A stretch of 64,000 bases of DNA from Dicyema japonicum (GCA_011109175.1 RDEW01000006.1:1634133-1698132); one strand, 5' to 3'; numbered from the stretch's first letter, positions 1 to 13,347 are shown. Made by a program: numbers and translations. The notes: a model not told the origin generated them from the sequence alone.

Positions 1-344
1 ATTTTAAATAATCGTGGATACGTTTTTAAACAGGTTTTATCCAGTCTCCCGGGTCAGAATGGATACATTTTTTATACATCAGACTCATCATCCTTTTCAA
101 GGGTTATTTAAAACTCCTTAGTGGATGATTGATCCATTCAAATCCAAAATTTTAAACTCTGATTCCGAATTAAAAGAGGAATTAATAAACCTAAAAATAA
201 TAAATCTTATGAAATTTATAACTATTCGTAGAGGAGAACGAATGAATATTCTCAAGTTTTTTTCTGACGTTGTGTGTCTTTTATAGACGATCAGGTTCCG
301 CACTGAAATGTTCACTGATGACTGCTTCACTCGTCTAGCCAAAG

Positions 345-436
345 CATTCCTTGGTTCTCCCTCATCGATTAGTTATATTAACTGTTCTTTAATTAAAATA
401 AAGTGTGCCCTGCCTGTGAGGAGCTAATATGGCTCT
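345..436 (+). repeat. Dispersed repeat family A, copy 1 (90-200 bp; other copies about 13170-13347, 25960-26130, 51710-51862)
   Basis: Shared core cattccttgg..cgattagtta..taactgttcttta.ttaaataaagtgtg..cctgcct.tg.ggagcta...ggctct. Copies 2-4 share an upstream cacacccaacaaaaagaaaa..gaagtga segment. Confidence 0.85.
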
Positions 437-3374
437 ACGTATAAGTGAAGTTTTTTTTACATATAAATTATCTTTCGAATACCTCAGTTTTGACAGAATT
501 CGAAGATTACCCAATTTTTATTAAAGAAAAGAGAGTAAACGGTTATATAGCGGCTGCGAGCGAGATTCGCTCAAATAACCAGCAGCGCTCACGAGGGTCT
601 CATTCTTATAATTCAAAAATTATAGAACAGTTTCCAAAATCATGTAATTCGATCTCTCAGATAATCTTGTAGCTTCCAACTTCATATCTTTTAAGAGAGA
701 AGTTGTTAATTATTTATAGAGAATGTTGAGAAAGCACTACTTTAAAGCATCACGTTTATCCATATCCGTCATTGTGATAATTCCTCCAATGAAGTGGAAA
801 AATGAGGATCCTGTTTCGATGTCGACCAGCCAAGGCGTCTTTCGAGTTGGATTATTTATTTAGATTGATCCCACGACACCAACTTCCACTAAATGATTAA
901 TTTTAAATATTAATTGCATAAAATATTATTTTCAATATTTAAAATGAGTCAATTTATATTTTTAAACAAAATTTATATCGTGAGGCGATCCATTTTCAAG
1001 GAAAGGTTCAAACCTGTCAGGGTAAGGCCCATAGTAGTCTAACTCTCAATCAGGCTGAACCTCACCTAATTTCTGTTAATAAAAATTCAAAAAAAATAAT
1101 GAAAGCACAAAAATATCCCAAACAGAAATCTCTGAATCCAATATATTTCTCTTCTTCGGAATATAATTTAATCAATTGTAACAGCAGCAAATTCGAAGAA
1201 ATTTACGTTAGCGGACTATGTCATATTTTGGCGGAGATCCGCCCTAATCTATAGGAGTCAGGGATGGACATTTCTTAGAGATTTTGGTTCATAAAATTGA
1301 AATATTCCTTAAAGATTGATGACTTGAAACTATTAGTCAAATTTATCGTCAATATCCTTTAATTGTAGTGACACCATTATTTTAGAATCATTAAAATTAG
1401 TTTAATTTATTTTTCACTTTGGTAATCTTCACATAGAACCTTGTACGAGAGATGAGGTCCTTACCAACTCGGTTGAAATCTCGGAAGATCGATAGAGGCT
1501 TTTGGATATGTATCGAGAATGGAAGACTTTATTTCCGAAGCTTTTTGGGATGTTCTGTGAAAGACCTATGACTACCTTACTAACAAAAAAGATATAATTT
1601 CCTGCAATAGAGGTAGGTCACCACTATAACCTTCCAATCAATTAAACATGTGGTTAACGATTACGTTAGAATTATTAAAATGAGGTAACATAATCATTCA
1701 CCATTAAAAGTGCCCCCAACTGATTTACAAGTTTAATGTGGAGATAGTTGCTTATATCTATGGCCTAATCGAAGAATTGAAAAAAACCCGGGACGATGAA
1801 AACTATTCACTACAAAGAACCTACAAATTTTTGGGTCTGACTCAAAGTGGAAAGGATTACTTGATGCGGACTTTAATTCATTTTAGTTTTATGATTAACC
1901 CGTCTTGTCTCTTGTAAGTTAGTGGACCAGGGGCCCAATTCTAGGTTGGGTGTTCAAAGCCTTATGCCTCCGAGGAACAGATAAATATCCCAACAGATTT
2001 AGGCTCAAACCATAAACCCAATCCTTCCACAGAAGGTAGAGATCTAATTTGTTGATTTTCCTTATCCTCGTTTTACTACTTACACTGACTCCTAACCTTA
2101 AAGACATGCTGCGGTTATTAGAACGGCCCAAGTAGCTGTTAAGCTGCTACAGGGGTTTTTTGAAATGTTAGACAGTCATCGGACACTACAGAAACTCCCA
2201 TACTTTGCGAATAATACTAAAATTCTGAAATATGACCTCATTGCAATTCGCTCTTTAATTATTCAACATGCTAAACACCACTAACTCATCCAACTAATAT
2301 TTCCCATGACACCATCCCCACATTTGTCCTCCAAATTCTTATTTAAGTAATTGTCTCTTCGAACAAGCCTTCTTCCGATACTGGAAAAAAATGCGTCCGT
2401 CTTCACTCCCAGGACCCCAGAAGCATGCGTCTCCATAGGAGTGAAATGGTAGCTATCGCTGAGTGATCTGAGTTTCGGATTTTCCTGACCTCCGCCTTAT
2501 TATTAAAACAACATACGTAAACCATTATAGTTAAAGTTTTACCCGTGCGTCGTTTGAAACTATCAAACTAACTGAGTGATTCCACCTTCCGCGGTCATGC
2601 GCAACCTCTCCCAAGTCATCCAGATGTCTCCAGATTTCATTTTCCTTTTGGCATACTTGAGATTAGTTTCGATTATCCTAGGCAGTGTGATTCGCGGCAG
2701 TCCACAGAAACGTGATCCAGTCTCAACTCCTCCATCGCTATATTAGCTTGGGTATCCATTTCCAATATGTCCAAATAGCTCCCATCTCAAATCAGTGATC
2801 TCGAGACTCGAATGACCAGTCTTCAATGAAAGGAGTCTATCCCTTGTTCCCTACTTGGACATCTCCCACATTGATGAATTATATAGTAGGAATGTTTTCA
2901 CTAGGGTATTGTATATCCTTTTCCTGAATTTGTACTTGGTCGTCTTCCGTCAATCCAGTTCTTTTTAACTTTGTTCACCACAGCTGTAGGGAGGATCTTT
3001 CTTCGAACGATGTTCTCACTGTCTCCAAGTAAGGACCAAGCTTATTGATCTTTCTCCATGTTCATCCGACGTCCGCCTTATCTGCACATTTATTTAATTT
3101 ATTAACCTCGGATGCACCAAGAAAGAAGTAAAATGTAAACAACTAGTTAAGTGTATCCAGTTTCCACTTCTAGAGAAACAGAGTCCATACGGAATCAACA
3201 TAAAAGAAAAAAGACGTTAATTATTTGCAGTTGTAGAGACCCCTCCAGTAATGTGGGGGAGAGCAAATAATCCTTTTTCGTTCTACCCTGGCACTGGCGC
3301 AATATAAAATTTAAATTAAATTTAATAATGATTTTTTGTAAAAAAGTTTATTTATTAAAATACTAGAATTCAGC

Positions 3375-4160
3375 GACATGTTAATAAGCTTGGATCCCTG
3401 CTGGAGACACAGAAGACATCATCAAAAGGAAAACAATTGCAGGAGTAGCAATGTAAAAATTCAAAAAGGGGTGGTTGAAGAGACTTGATGTCTAATGCAT
3501 TTGGTGAAACTAACCTTTGCCTCTTTTTTGGTTGAGGTGGTGACAACATCTCTATTGCACTATGTCGTATTCTTTATCGACTTCTCCGTTCACTCTGGGA
3601 ACTTTCAATTGCAGAGGACATAAACAACCTCACAAGAAACACCAACTGGTATGCGACCTAGCCACAAGAAGAGGATAGGACTAAACACCAAGTTTAAATT
3701 ACAAAGCTTTTGTCATCCCGACTAACCTACAACTCTGGCATTTGGGAATCTCTAAACGGGAAATGGACCGTCTTGACTATTTCCACAGAGCTCAGCTCAA
3801 TTCGTTAATCAAGATTAACTGGCCTATGAAGATCTCTGATGCAAACCTTACAATAAATGCAAATACGGCGTGCCGTCAGATGATGTTTTCAATCAAGACG
3901 TCTAAATGACCAGGTCCCCGCAAATTTCGCAACGGTCAACTACTTCACAGACACAGGAGCCGGATATCGCGGAAGACCAAGAGCGACACTTCCGACTATC
4001 TTGAACGAAGACCTATCGGCGGTTGGTATGAGACGATCTGGACTACCTAAGAGAACTAGCGCGCAACAATCATGGTCGAGGTTGACGGAGAGATGACTAG
4101 GAAAACGGCACAAGAGAAACTTAACTAACTTGTGTTTTCTCGAGAGTGCTTTTAATAATA
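3375..4160 (+). mobile_element. RTE-like LINE 3' portion with (TAA)n tail, with an inserted segment inside
   Basis: KLGSLL, KAFVIP, EMDRLDYFHRAQL, GYRGRPRATLPTILNEDL; ends gagagtgcttttaataataataa. The same 3' end occurs at 50480-50615. Confidence 0.8.
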
Positions 4161-4555
4161 ATAACCTTTAGCCTCTTACACATTCTATGGGTTCCCAATT
4201 GATTGTCACTGATTCAATGGTATGCCACTATATTCTTAAAATTTTATGTTTACACACTTTGTGGACGTGCATGTATTTTCTAAAGTCCTTCTGGGTATAG
4301 CACACGTCTTTCTTTGGGATAGGCAATTCCAGTCTATAACCACTCATCTTGAGTATACTTTCCTGTATTATACTGACAACTTCTTCAAAGAGATGATCAT
4401 GAATTGATGTCGATTTTCACCGAAGACGGGTGGATCACTTGACGCCACTCTTGTAGGACAAAGATAAGGAACAGAGGAAAGATAGAGTGATTCACTGTCA
4501 AGCAAATAAAGCTATTAAATCAAATAAGAAATATTACAAATAACAAAAATTTATT

Positions 4556-5141
4556 TTAATTGTCACAATTATCAACAAACTCACTGTCAACTTCTTCCTG
4601 AGTCTAGTAAATAATAACCAAAATAAACAACCTCCAAACTGTCAAAAAGGACTTAAATTTCTCTACTAAATTAAGACAACATTATACGGTTCTTCTCACT
4701 GCTAAATCACAGAACATTTCCTATATGAATAATATAGCTGCAGTACTTTGATTTGTTCGAAGGAATAATTCGAATCCAGCATTGCCATAAAGAAGTCTTC
4801 ATCGGGTTAACTCTAATGAATCAATCAACAAATTTCAAACAAAGCTTTTTGAAAGGTTTTATGTTTCTCATCCAAATAATCGGCAGGATTGTAAAAAATT
4901 TGTCATAATCAAACAATTGGAAGGGGTACACCCACTCACTAAAATACATAATACTCATTACTAAATTCCAATTGCAAAATAACGAACAAGGAGCTTGTCT
5001 TTTACAATTTTTGCTCCTTTACATGGGTCGATAATCTAAATTTTGAATATAAATACACCTTAACTGGCCAATACTCATAGACTGTAGAATAAGGAATCCT
5101 AAAGAAAATTAGAATTAATACCACTTAACTCTGTCAACCAT
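4556..5141 (-). pseudogene. Small PWWP-domain protein gene, partly degenerate
   Basis: After removing 22-23 nt introns it reads MVDRVKWIPYSTVYEYWPVKIIDP...LLVRYFAIGIYEWVYPFQLFDY, then (after a shift in a T6 run) KHKTFQKALFEI, a PWWP-like pattern. The 3' half cannot be put in frame. Confidence 0.55.
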
Positions 5142-6059
5142 TTTATCAACTAAAAACTGTAATTTAAAAATAAAATTAATTATTCATAAAAATTTATTTT
5201 AGTTTTTTTTTCTTTCACTTTAATTACCCTCTCAATACTTAAAAACTTGGGTCCCTTTGTTCTCATGGCTTTAACACAGATATATAACGAGTCCATCAGT
5301 CGGAAGTTAACCGAGAACGGCCGGTCCTGAAGCCTGGGAGACCAAAGGATTTTCCCTTCTCTTACAAGCACATATCCCCTGCGAAAATCTTAAGAAACTA
5401 ATTCTCAACATGATTCGCTTTCTTTCAACACAAATTCATGAAAAGTCTCTCAACGGCAACCCACCTCACTGCAGAATATCTCTCCTTGAGGTAAGGCTTT
5501 TTATTTACGCAGTACATTGAGTCAACCGTCAGCTATGGTAGCCAGATGTACGAACCGCACAAAAACGCATATAAAAAATCGAAGCCTTCCAATACTTAGT
5601 GTTGGAGTTCATAAAAAGTTTGCGTCTTCTTACGTAGAGCCTACTAATTTCAAGGCCCTAGAGAGAGAACTGATACTAAGTTCATTTCACGTGAACGTTT
5701 GCTATTGGAACGAGTCTACTTACTTGGATCCGTTACAAACACTGTGGAAATGAGGTGGTTGTAGAGGGTAGCCATGATCACTCAACACCAACATGTTCCA
5801 TGTCTTTTAGAACGTGCTCTAAATAATCCAGTTTTCATTTAGAACAAAAAACGATCAACGGTTAACACAAACATGTTGCTCTAGTGGGCCGCTTAACCGT
5901 GTTTCCCGCGTGTCTCGTCCCTGTCTAATCTGTGTCAAAGCATAGAAGAGTAAATTCGGTATCCAATGTTCCTGTTGCCACAATTTTGGACACCTTGGGT
6001 GCTATAAGCACAATCTCTGGCAAATTGGTCATCTTCCTCATGCCTTGGGAATAACGGCA

Positions 6060-6660
6060 GAAGGAGAGAGCCCTCCCTGGACTTGTCCTGGACCTATCTA
6101 ACACAGATGAATGTCTACGCCTTTTGAATCGTCTTGTGTCGGAGAAGATTATCCACTCAGGATTCCAAGGTCGGCACGTCTAACAGCTGCCTCCTGTCTT
6201 TCAAAGCTAGTAACCAGGGCAGTCGATGACAATAGACAAGATGCCTGGATACGCCTTCTCTGCTTTTGCACCTCTTGTCCTCGGATCACATAGACCGATA
6301 TTCCAAGTATTTCCACGCCTGATGAGGAGCTTATATTATTCGGATTCCCAATCACCTCTAGACCAGGAATGTCAAACACCCAGACCGCAAAGATGATTGT
6401 TATATCGTCGATGACGACTATCCTCTCGCTATTAAAATATACCACCAGAGAAAAACAGTGGATTTCAGTTAATGACGTCGAATTGACAAGCCGTGGTTAT
6501 GAGCGTTCCACGTCGTCAGAAGACGTTCATATACTTTACACTCTGGGACGCTGGAACGAGTCAAAATCAAGGAGTTAGTTAGTGTCCTACATGTGCGTGC
6601 TTGTACGTGTTCGATGGAGCACTGGCCGCGCAATTCCATAACATGATACTGAAATTGATT
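6060..6660 (+). mobile_element. CRE-clade element, pre-RT region fragment
   Basis: LRIPRSARLTAASCLSKLVTRAVDDNRQDAWIRLL is typical of the CRE N-terminal region. A related fragment lies at 35347-35580 (-). Confidence 0.65.
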
Positions 6661-6759
6661 CATTTACTGGCGATAATTTTTTTCTATGAAAAAAAGGAAA
6701 CTTGAAGAAAAACTGGTAGTTTAAGAAAAATTTAAAGTACAGTACTTTTGTGCAATGTT

Positions 6760-7310
6760 ATGCAAAGATACATTGTTTAGCTCCAATAGCAGCATTGCCA
6801 GAGAAAAGGAGTACAACTTGAAAAGACATTATGAAACTAACCATTGATCTGTGATAAATACGAGGTTTCAAGACTAAAAAATAGAAGGCTAAGTTGACAC
6901 AGCAATAGGCATGTTTTACAAAAATAGAGTATGCTAATGTCGCTTCTGTTACTTTACGCTATGAACTGAGCCGAATGATCGCCATGAATGGAAATATTAT
7001 AGTGAGTGAGATTTCATAAAAAAACTGCATAGTAAAAACAGCTGACATTGTCCGCCCGTATAAAAAACAGTTATTTAAGGACACTTCATTAACCAGGAAC
7101 ACTATTTCTGGACAGAGTAATGAAATGGCAGACGATTTGAAATAACAGTTGAAGGCTGCATCATCTAAATTGAACAATTCTCTATTGCTATTAATGAGAC
7201 TGTTGAAATCACTGGAGTAGCACAGCTTTAAGTTTTTATCAGGGCTTATGAAAAGTGAATTTATAAAAAAACTGATTGATTCAATGCACGACAATACAAC
7301 GAGCGAAAAT
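6760..7310 (+). mobile_element. hAT transposase remnant, SPIN/GTF2IRD2-like
   Basis: KEYNLKRHYETNH, CIVKTADIV, AINETVEITGVAQLKVFIR; with stops and frameshifts. Confidence 0.8.
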
Positions 7311-8344
7311 TAGACCAAATCCTACATATTCCGTTTGACATCGGAGCGTATCTTTAACTCCGGCTTGAGGAATACTCACGGAAGCAGGCCAAACTAACAG
7401 CCAGACTCGAAAAGCTTGGAATCACAGCTCTATAGATATTTCTCTCCCTGCTCATTGCTAATGGCCTGTAACACCATTGTCAAGAGGATTCTACACTCCT
7501 GAATTCTCTACTGACAAGACGTCGTTCATGCTCGTGATGCCTGGAGCCGTATATTAGTTTTTTACCTTCCATGATTTCTCAACGGGATCTAGAATTCCGA
7601 AAGTCATTTTAAGATCTGCTGGTGTCATCTAACCAACATTAATTGTGCTTGTTGTCAGGGGCGTTTTTCGAGAATGGTGCTTGGCTCAACGCCATTCCTA
7701 ATCGAGTTTTGAGTACCTTTCTGGATGATGAATAAGTCCGTACTAGTACGTCACTTACCGACACCTTCGCCCCTTGCAACCTACACCAGAGTCCCTAGAG
7801 CCTGTTCTGCCGCTGAGAGACCAAAAGGTCAAATCAATCAAAGTACGCGGTCCTACCAAAGATTTTTTGCTCGTTGGAGATCCTACCATCATTAATAAAG
7901 ATCTCAAAAAAATCGGGAGACACCTCAGGGACGGGAAGGACCTTGATAGAATAAGAGACATGGCAAAGAGTCGCCAAAGTTGGAAGAAACTAACTAGTAT
8001 TTTGATTTTCCATGTTGCGAATGTTTTGTCACGTGCCAATGATGCACGTCGACATAATTGATGCACTCTCAAAATAGCAATAAAAATCATCTGGAATAGC
8101 CCTGTTTTCAATTTATTTCTACAAACTGCACTAATTGACAGGATTTTCGTAATTAAGGTCAACAAGGTCAAAAAGTTGATTTTCTTGGCAAAATAGGAAG
8201 CAGCCAAATAATTAGTTACTCTGATGATTGAAGTAATTACATACTTCTATTGCACGAAATGTCTTGAATCATTGGATTAAAGTCAGTGTTCAGTGCTGCA
8301 TGAACTAGCCATGGAGTGAATTCAAAAAAACTTGATTTGTTCAT

Positions 8345-8435
8345 TTCACTAATTTAAAAAATATTAATATAAATTCAAAAAAAAAAAAGTAAATTACATA
8401 ATCAAATTAATAATTTAAACAAAACTATTTAAAAA
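8345..8435 (+). promoter_or_regulatory. AT island abutting the PDXK start codon, putative core promoter
   Basis: Almost pure A/T ending caaattaataatttaaacaaaactatttaaaaaATG. Confidence 0.45.
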
Positions 8436-9561
8436 ATGTCACAAGCTTCCGAGCGGCAGCTTTTTATTATCAGAAAACTCGACCAGGGACACAGGTGTGC
8501 TATCCATTCAGAGTACTGCCATAAGTTTGAATGTCGGAATAAAGGCAGTATCTACAATTTATGAAGTTTAGTTGTTATTTAATTATTCAGTTGTTAAACA
8601 TAGACTGCTGTGGAGGGCCAACAGTTTTCTATAGCACTCACACAGGTTATTTTTCTATTATATTGAAGCTTATGATATACTATGGGGTAGTAAGCACAAA
8701 AGGGTCAATCATTGGGCATATGAGTCGTTCTGCCTAATTCAATTAAATCACTTCCATTACGTCACTACCGGTTATTTGTTTATGTCTCCATTTTTAACCG
8801 AGGCCGCTGTAGTGATCACACAAATGAAGAGACGAGATCCAAATGTTACATTTAGTTATTATGTTTACATATTTTAGTCTGTGATCCTATCATGAGCGAC
8901 AATAACTATTTTGTAATCGTGACATCTAAATCTTTAGTATATTGACGAATCCCTATTGTGGGGGTTCATAGGACATTGATTTCTCTTGCAGATATTATCA
9001 CTCTTAGCTTGTTTGAATTACAGTATTTGTTAGTCCTACTTTGTTAGAGTCCTCTCAAAACGAGCTTTGAAAGATTTAAAGTCAGCATTCGATGCCATTA
9101 ACTCTCTACATGACCTGGGTCCTCGTGTAGTGATACTAACAAGCATGCCTTCAAGCGACAATTCCAAACTCAGTAGCTTGCTATCCCACAAAATTGGAGG
9201 TATTTATATTTTTCACTTAAAGGACTATTTACCGTTATGTCATTGAGTACCCCAAATTAGAAGCAAACTTTTGTGGATCCGATGATACCTTTAATGGTCT
9301 GTTTCTCTCATGGTTTGACATTTTAAAAGGGGACGTTGTGACACTACAGTACTAAATCACTCCTAGGAAGCTTTCGAAAAGAGTATTAATTCAATTCAAC
9401 TGATTCTTCAATCCACGTATTCATATGCGCAGAGTAGTCTTGGTATCATTTATATAGAAAATGGATTCTGCCACCAGAACTTAAATCTCAGATTGGTCCA
9501 GTCATCCAATCACATTGCTTCGCCTGTAATTTCATTTAAAGTGCAGCAGTACAGAGAATAA
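8436..9561 (+). pseudogene. PDXK: Pyridoxal kinase, full length with tiny introns, at least two frameshifts; probable young pseudogene
   Basis: GVLSIQS...NVG, THT, CDPIMSD, LADIIT...FEL, INSLHDLGPRVVILTS, ANFCGSDDTF, NLRLVQS follow PDXK order. Several GT-AG introns of about 22-25 nt. The catalytic GTGD motif reads GSDD. Confidence 0.82.
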
Positions 9562-10624
9562 TGCCGCTCTTTTGTCATGATTTTGTTGTCCGTTAAGAAA
9601 TTTGTTGTTTGTAATTATCCTAGCTCTTAAACCTTTCTCCTCTTAGAAGAAGGATTATTAATTTTGCTCATTAGTCCCTTTTCACAATCATTATTAGAAT
9701 TCTAGACACCTGCGGAGGGCTTATCGCGAGCTTCGATTGACAAACGACTATAGTCAATTTTGGTCCTTCACAGCCCGAACCTGTGATCATGTGTTCTCAA
9801 TTTGGTTAACTGACTGCTCTGCTGTTCTGCTGATTCTTCATCCCACATATGCTTAGGAGACTGAAATAAGTATTATATTATTGCATTTATAAGAAAAGTG
9901 TTAAATAAGCAGTTTAAAAAATCAAATTATGATTTTTTACTTATATTGTCCCCCATCTCCGGGATCTCTGGGATCTTGTATTAGTGCCTAGAAATGATTG
10001 GAAAGTTTTTGAAACTAGCATTGAGGTCACGCCACTTGACATGATGATGTTAATCGAAATTATCCGAAACTCAAATTTTTTATATCTGGTTCACTCATTT
10101 TTTCGAAAATGTTTTTATTTATTCAAAACTTTTTTTAAACTAAAATCCTCCATTTATCAGCGAGTTATGATGTCATAACATACAGCATTGAGCTTCAATA
10201 AGTATATAGATTAAATGCTTACTAATTCAGTTTTTATGTTAATTTTATGATTACTGACAAGCTAATTCTTGCTAGCAGTTAGTTAATTATCCTTCAATCT
10301 AATTAACCAATAGGCGGTCAGCGGCCTTCAAGTATAGGAGCAAAGTGCTCCTGCCGCCATTTTGTGCTGTGTGGCGGCTAATTGTTGAAGTTTTCTGTTT
10401 GTTTGTCTGTTCCTCCTCTCTCTTTTTATTAGAGTGGCGTCATGTGATCCACCTGTCTAGGTGGTGCCCATTGCCTGGCTGGCACGAAAAAGGAACATTT
10501 GCTTTCCCACACTCCACTGGAGGGGTTTCTACAGCTGCAAGGATGGACGTCTTTTACCCTTTATGTTGATTCCGGATGGACTCTGTTTCTGTAAAAGTGG
10601 GAACTGGATACACTTAATTAGTTG

Positions 10625-11900
10625 TTTACGGTAACTTCTTTCACGGTTGTATCCGGGGTTAATAAATTAAAAATGAGTGCAAAGGGAGGATCAGAGAAAA
10701 TCTCTACAAGAAAGATAGTTGGATCAGGGTAAGTGATCCAAGACTTCGAGTTTGGTTTTACTTTTAAATATTGAAAGCGAATCTTCAAGAAAAAATAAAG
10801 TTGGTTCAAACGGATTGACAGAGTGCGGAGAGCAAAACATCGGATTAGGGAGCAATCGCATGATAGTTGAGAGCGGGATGCGGAAGAAGAGTTTGAAGCG
10901 CCTGCCTCAGAGGTCAAAATATTCCGTAGATTAGTAGAATTGGTCATAGTATAGGTGAGAAGGAGTAACGAGGTAGTCAGAAATTGAGGACATCCGATAA
11001 GTAGACTACTTGAGATTGGTATGGCGGTGATCGACTTTGGTAAGGCAAAGGAAGTAATAATCCTCTGACCGATACTCTGGATTCGATAAGTTTGGCTCAT
11101 TGGACGGAGAAAAGGAAGATGGCATACTCGTAAAATGTGAGTCCAACTTAAATGATTGTGATCTCCGTGTTAAAATTTAAAGAAGGAAATGTACTAAATT
11201 TTTTTCTCAATAATTAATTATTAAATTAATATGCAAGACCGCAATATTTTTTGGGGTCGATCAACAAATACATGCACCTCATTGTAAGTCAAGGAGCATG
11301 TCGGTTGATCATTTACCACTCGATGCGGATATATGCTCTGCCTCGACTATGTGTGGAGGCATAACGAGATAGTAAGGAGTCTTCATTTTTTACTATGGCA
11401 ATAAGCATGGTATTCGCTACAACCAGAAAGTTGCGGACTCATAAAGTGCAATCTGTAGTAGAGAACACAGGGTCCAAATTAAGGTAGACAGTGTTATCCG
11501 TACCTCGGTGCTAGTCAAGCACAATAAACCGGGACATTGTAGGTACACGATAAGGAGTCTGGACAAGTCCTTATCATAGAGGTTGGCATCACGTCTCAAG
11601 ACCGTTTGCAGACTGTGGAGGTGGAGAAAAAAAGGAAGTATGACTTGCTCGCAAACGAGATGGGGCAGATACTTGGTTGCAAGGTCCTCGTTATTCCTAT
11701 AGTAATGACGTGGGAAGGATTTGCAACAAAGTACCACAAGGGTTATCTGAGCAGTTGGGGGTAGATAGGAAGCTCATCCCCTTCGATCCCCTACAAATAG
11801 TAAGAATGCTCAGTGCTTGTTGTAACTTGATTTCTGCGGTGTTACTATCAGTCACTGGATCTGTGCTAATCTGTGTATTCTCAGATGTCACACCGAGCTA
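10625..11900 (+). mobile_element. R4/Dong-clade non-LTR element, internally deleted
   Basis: QDRNIF, TRCGYMLCLDYVWRHNEIVR, KHNKP, IIEVGITSQDRLQTVEVEKKRKYDLLANEMG, IPIVMTWEG. The 5' motif tccggggttaataaat is shared with 32420-32440. Confidence 0.82.
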
Positions 11901-13169
11901 ATAAATTTAATAAATGAAAGGCCAACTTGCTACTATGTCGCAGGCTTCGATCTTCATGGCATCAAATATCATTACTCGCGCTAATTCGAATCGTAGATGA
12001 AGTTAGCTTCCCACCTTTTTGTTCAAGATACGGATCTCTTTGTTCATTGTATCTTCCCTGATCCGTCTTAACATTTTTACTTTTTCTGTGTAACCTATTG
12101 AGAACATAGTCCTTCCACGGCTTCATCCATTTAAGGTGAGAAAAGTTTTGATTATCCTGAGGTCCCTTTTTGAGGTGGTAGACCGAATATGGTCTGTCTT
12201 TTGTACTCGTGATTTAAAAATATAGATTACTGCGAGAGGATCCCAGGATAATAGCACGGAATAGTGTATCAATAAAGGGGTGTATCTTAGTTATAGTTTT
12301 CTCGAATGTATTCCTCTTTCAAAGACTTTGTATGTCGTCCCTATGAAAATATCCAAGTCTTAAAAGAGAACATCACTCAATCATTACTACCTAGCATAAG
12401 TTCTCTCCTACCTAGCAGCGTACCCTTATTCCAGTTCTTTATAGAATATCTATTCTAATGAGTTGCATTAATATGTTCCAGGATATTCAGACTGGATCTT
12501 CTTGTGGTGCACGAAGCACTACCATCCTTCAAAAATTTTGAGAATCTTCATTTGAAATATCAAAACCCGAAAAATCAGACAAATCCGTTCGTAAATCCAT
12601 GATATATTAATAAAGTATTTAAAAACAAAACCCGAAAAATGAGACAAATCCACTAATCCCATTATTTGTGCCAGAGAAATTCCCATGCGTGCAATCCTTG
12701 AGGTCACCAAGTCTATTTAATGTTTTGTAGAAATCCAATATAATTTAAACTATCCTCCAAAATAATTTCAATACTTCTTATAAGGTTTCCTCACGTGTTA
12801 GAAGTATACTATTCAATTTTCAAGAATAGCAGACATTAATGGATCATTTTCCAGTTCAAAGATGTCAACATCATTACATGGACTATTTTCTGGAAACATT
12901 TTAAATTTTGGCAATTTCTTTATAAGCGTAATTTACGCAGTCAATTATCTTTATTCTGTATCACTTACAGGTTCTCTCGTTCTTTTCGAATAGCAGCATT
13001 CGAACCCGATAGTTAGCATAGCAAATATACAAAAATTTTGTGTATTCAATGTCTTGATTTTGTTCTTGAATACGAAAAAGGAGAGATGATGGCGAAAGAT
13101 GTAACTAACTATATTATAAATTAGTAAATTTGATGATTTTTGTATATCTTTATCAATTTTACGAGTGAC

Positions 13170-13347
13170 GCCGTCATCAGTGACTACTCACTGCGGACTG
13201 GATTGTCTAGAAAGGACACTCACACAAGAAAAAGAAAAAAAAGAAGTGACGATCATTCCTTGGTTCTACGATTAGTTAAAATTAACTGTTCTTTACTTAA
13301 ATAAAGTGTGTGTCCTGCCTATGCGGAGCTATAAATACTAAGGCTCT
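13170..13347 (+). repeat. Repeat family A, copy 2
   Basis: Direct alignment to 345-436 and to copies 3 and 4. Confidence 0.85.

Noticed and set aside
345-436. Repeat family A as a Helitron 3' end or solo LTR
   Set aside because: No CTRR terminus follows the hairpin, and there are no TG...CA ends or TSDs.
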